Part shown: positions 62,928 to 64,000 of the stretch, one piece after another | How positions within the stretch are numbered: position 1 is the first letter of the stretch | How the letters are laid out: each line of letters starts with the position of its first letter | Assembly (NCBI RefSeq): GCF_006345805.1 | Contig: NW_021835992.1 | Location: 62,001 to 126,000, forward strand | Direction: 5' to 3' | Source: Octopus sinensis | Taxonomy: Eukaryota | DNA: 64,000 bases | Notes under the pieces: generated by a model | The model's database searches: none | What the model saw: only the letters and a program-made list of their open reading frames with translations | Told to the model about the DNA's origin: nothing | Program-made: the position numbers and the translations under genes

Positions 62928-63602
62928 ATGCTAAGATTACAACGAAGATTGGCAGCCGACATACTTAAATGTGGGAAAAAACGTGTTTGGTTGGATTCAA
63001 ACGAGACACAGCACATATCTAGTGCCAACTCAAGTATATCTCTAAAATATATCCCACTAGGACAAAGTGTTCGAAAAATGATAAAAAACGGAATAATTTT
63101 CCGCAAGCCCGTAAAAGTTCAATCACGTGCCCGAATACGTATAAAACTGGAGGCCAGAAGGAAGGGTCGCCACACTGGAATTGGGAAGAGGAGAGGCACT
63201 GCAAACGCTCGAATGCCTCAGAAACGTCTGTGGATTAACAGAATTCGGATTCAACGTCGTCTTCTGAAAAGCTACAGGGAAAGTGGGAAAATCGACCGTC
63301 ACACGTATTGCCAATTATTTGAATGTCCAGATATCATCGAATATATCTGAAATGTAAGGGAAATACATTTAAGAGTAAGAGGACGCTCATGGAATATATT
63401 CATAAGAATCAGTCAGAACAAAAGAGACTCAAAGAAATGAGGTGGACAGTTGTTATTTATTGGTAGTGATTTGGCTGATGCAAAGAGGAAGAATGTGAAG
63501 GATAAGAGGCTGAGGATGCAGACTAAGAAAATGGAGGAGTCAGGAAAATTGAAGGCTCAAGATGTCCAAATGGATGTGGATGTTCCTGCCCTTATTAGAT
63601 AA
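62928..63602 (+). CDS. RPL19: 60S ribosomal protein L19
   Basis: [58 protein letters not shown]. Introns 63034-63060, 63305-63330 and 63442-63466. Confidence 0.96.
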
Positions 63603-64000
63603 TTATTTTTACTGGTCTTTAATTTTTTCATTGCTTTTATTTTGGTGATTTAAGCATATGATGTGAAATATTGAGTTTTACTGAAAGGTTATTTTAAAAT
63701 TATGAGTTAGTAAATTTTAAATTGAGTTGCTGAACTATTGTCTATTATCCGCATAGAGTACGAGCCAAGGACTATTTGTGTAAAATATTTTCCGAATAAA
63801 TACAATTGCGACTTCAACCATTGAATATTTCAAAAATGAGTCGATAACAACTAAAATTTAATAATTCAAATTTTTCTATATGACAACTTGGATGCATAGA
63901 CCTTTGAGTTTATTGATTAAATAAAAAATCTACTGGTTAATAACAACATATTTCCTGTCTAAAGTTAAAAAATAATATTTTACTGTTGAATTTAGAGGGA

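Noticed and set aside
1-64000. Microsporidian or bacterial origin of the whole window
   Set aside because: Lamin, POU, nuclear receptor, p53 and LIN54 genes with abundant spliceosomal introns are animal features.

Overview
Eukaryotic (animal) genomic DNA, not prokaryotic. The conserved genes (lamin with CaaX, class III POU, LIN54, nuclear receptor, mollusc/annelid-type p53 family, RPS28, RPL19) carry very short GT-AG introns, mostly 20-31 nt. That combination best fits a reduced spiralian parasite such as a dicyemid; this is an inference, no search was run. Most of the window is AT-rich, nested transposon debris: R4-like RT+restriction-like-endonuclease retroelements, CRE-like and Jockey-like LINEs, Helitron, hAT, Tc1, pogo and Ginger-like integrases. 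A compact, TE-free, GC-richer island of eight genes lies at about 30.4-40.2 kb, and AT-rich genes are scattered after 40 kb. Top leads: (1) an R4-like element sitting twice at the same 12-bp site in a tandem array of a minimal nuclear-receptor gene with an unusual CHGCK P-box, with the empty site present in the next unit; (2) two ~105-115 nt candidate structured RNAs sharing a two-part motif downstream of p53; (3) a lamin with a ~48-aa shorter rod and a stripped-down p53; (4) the resemblance of the R4-like family to microsporidian retroelements. Single-base homopolymer indels occur even in RPS28, INO1 and the calcium sensor, so the sequence likely has long-read errors and frameshifts should be read with caution.
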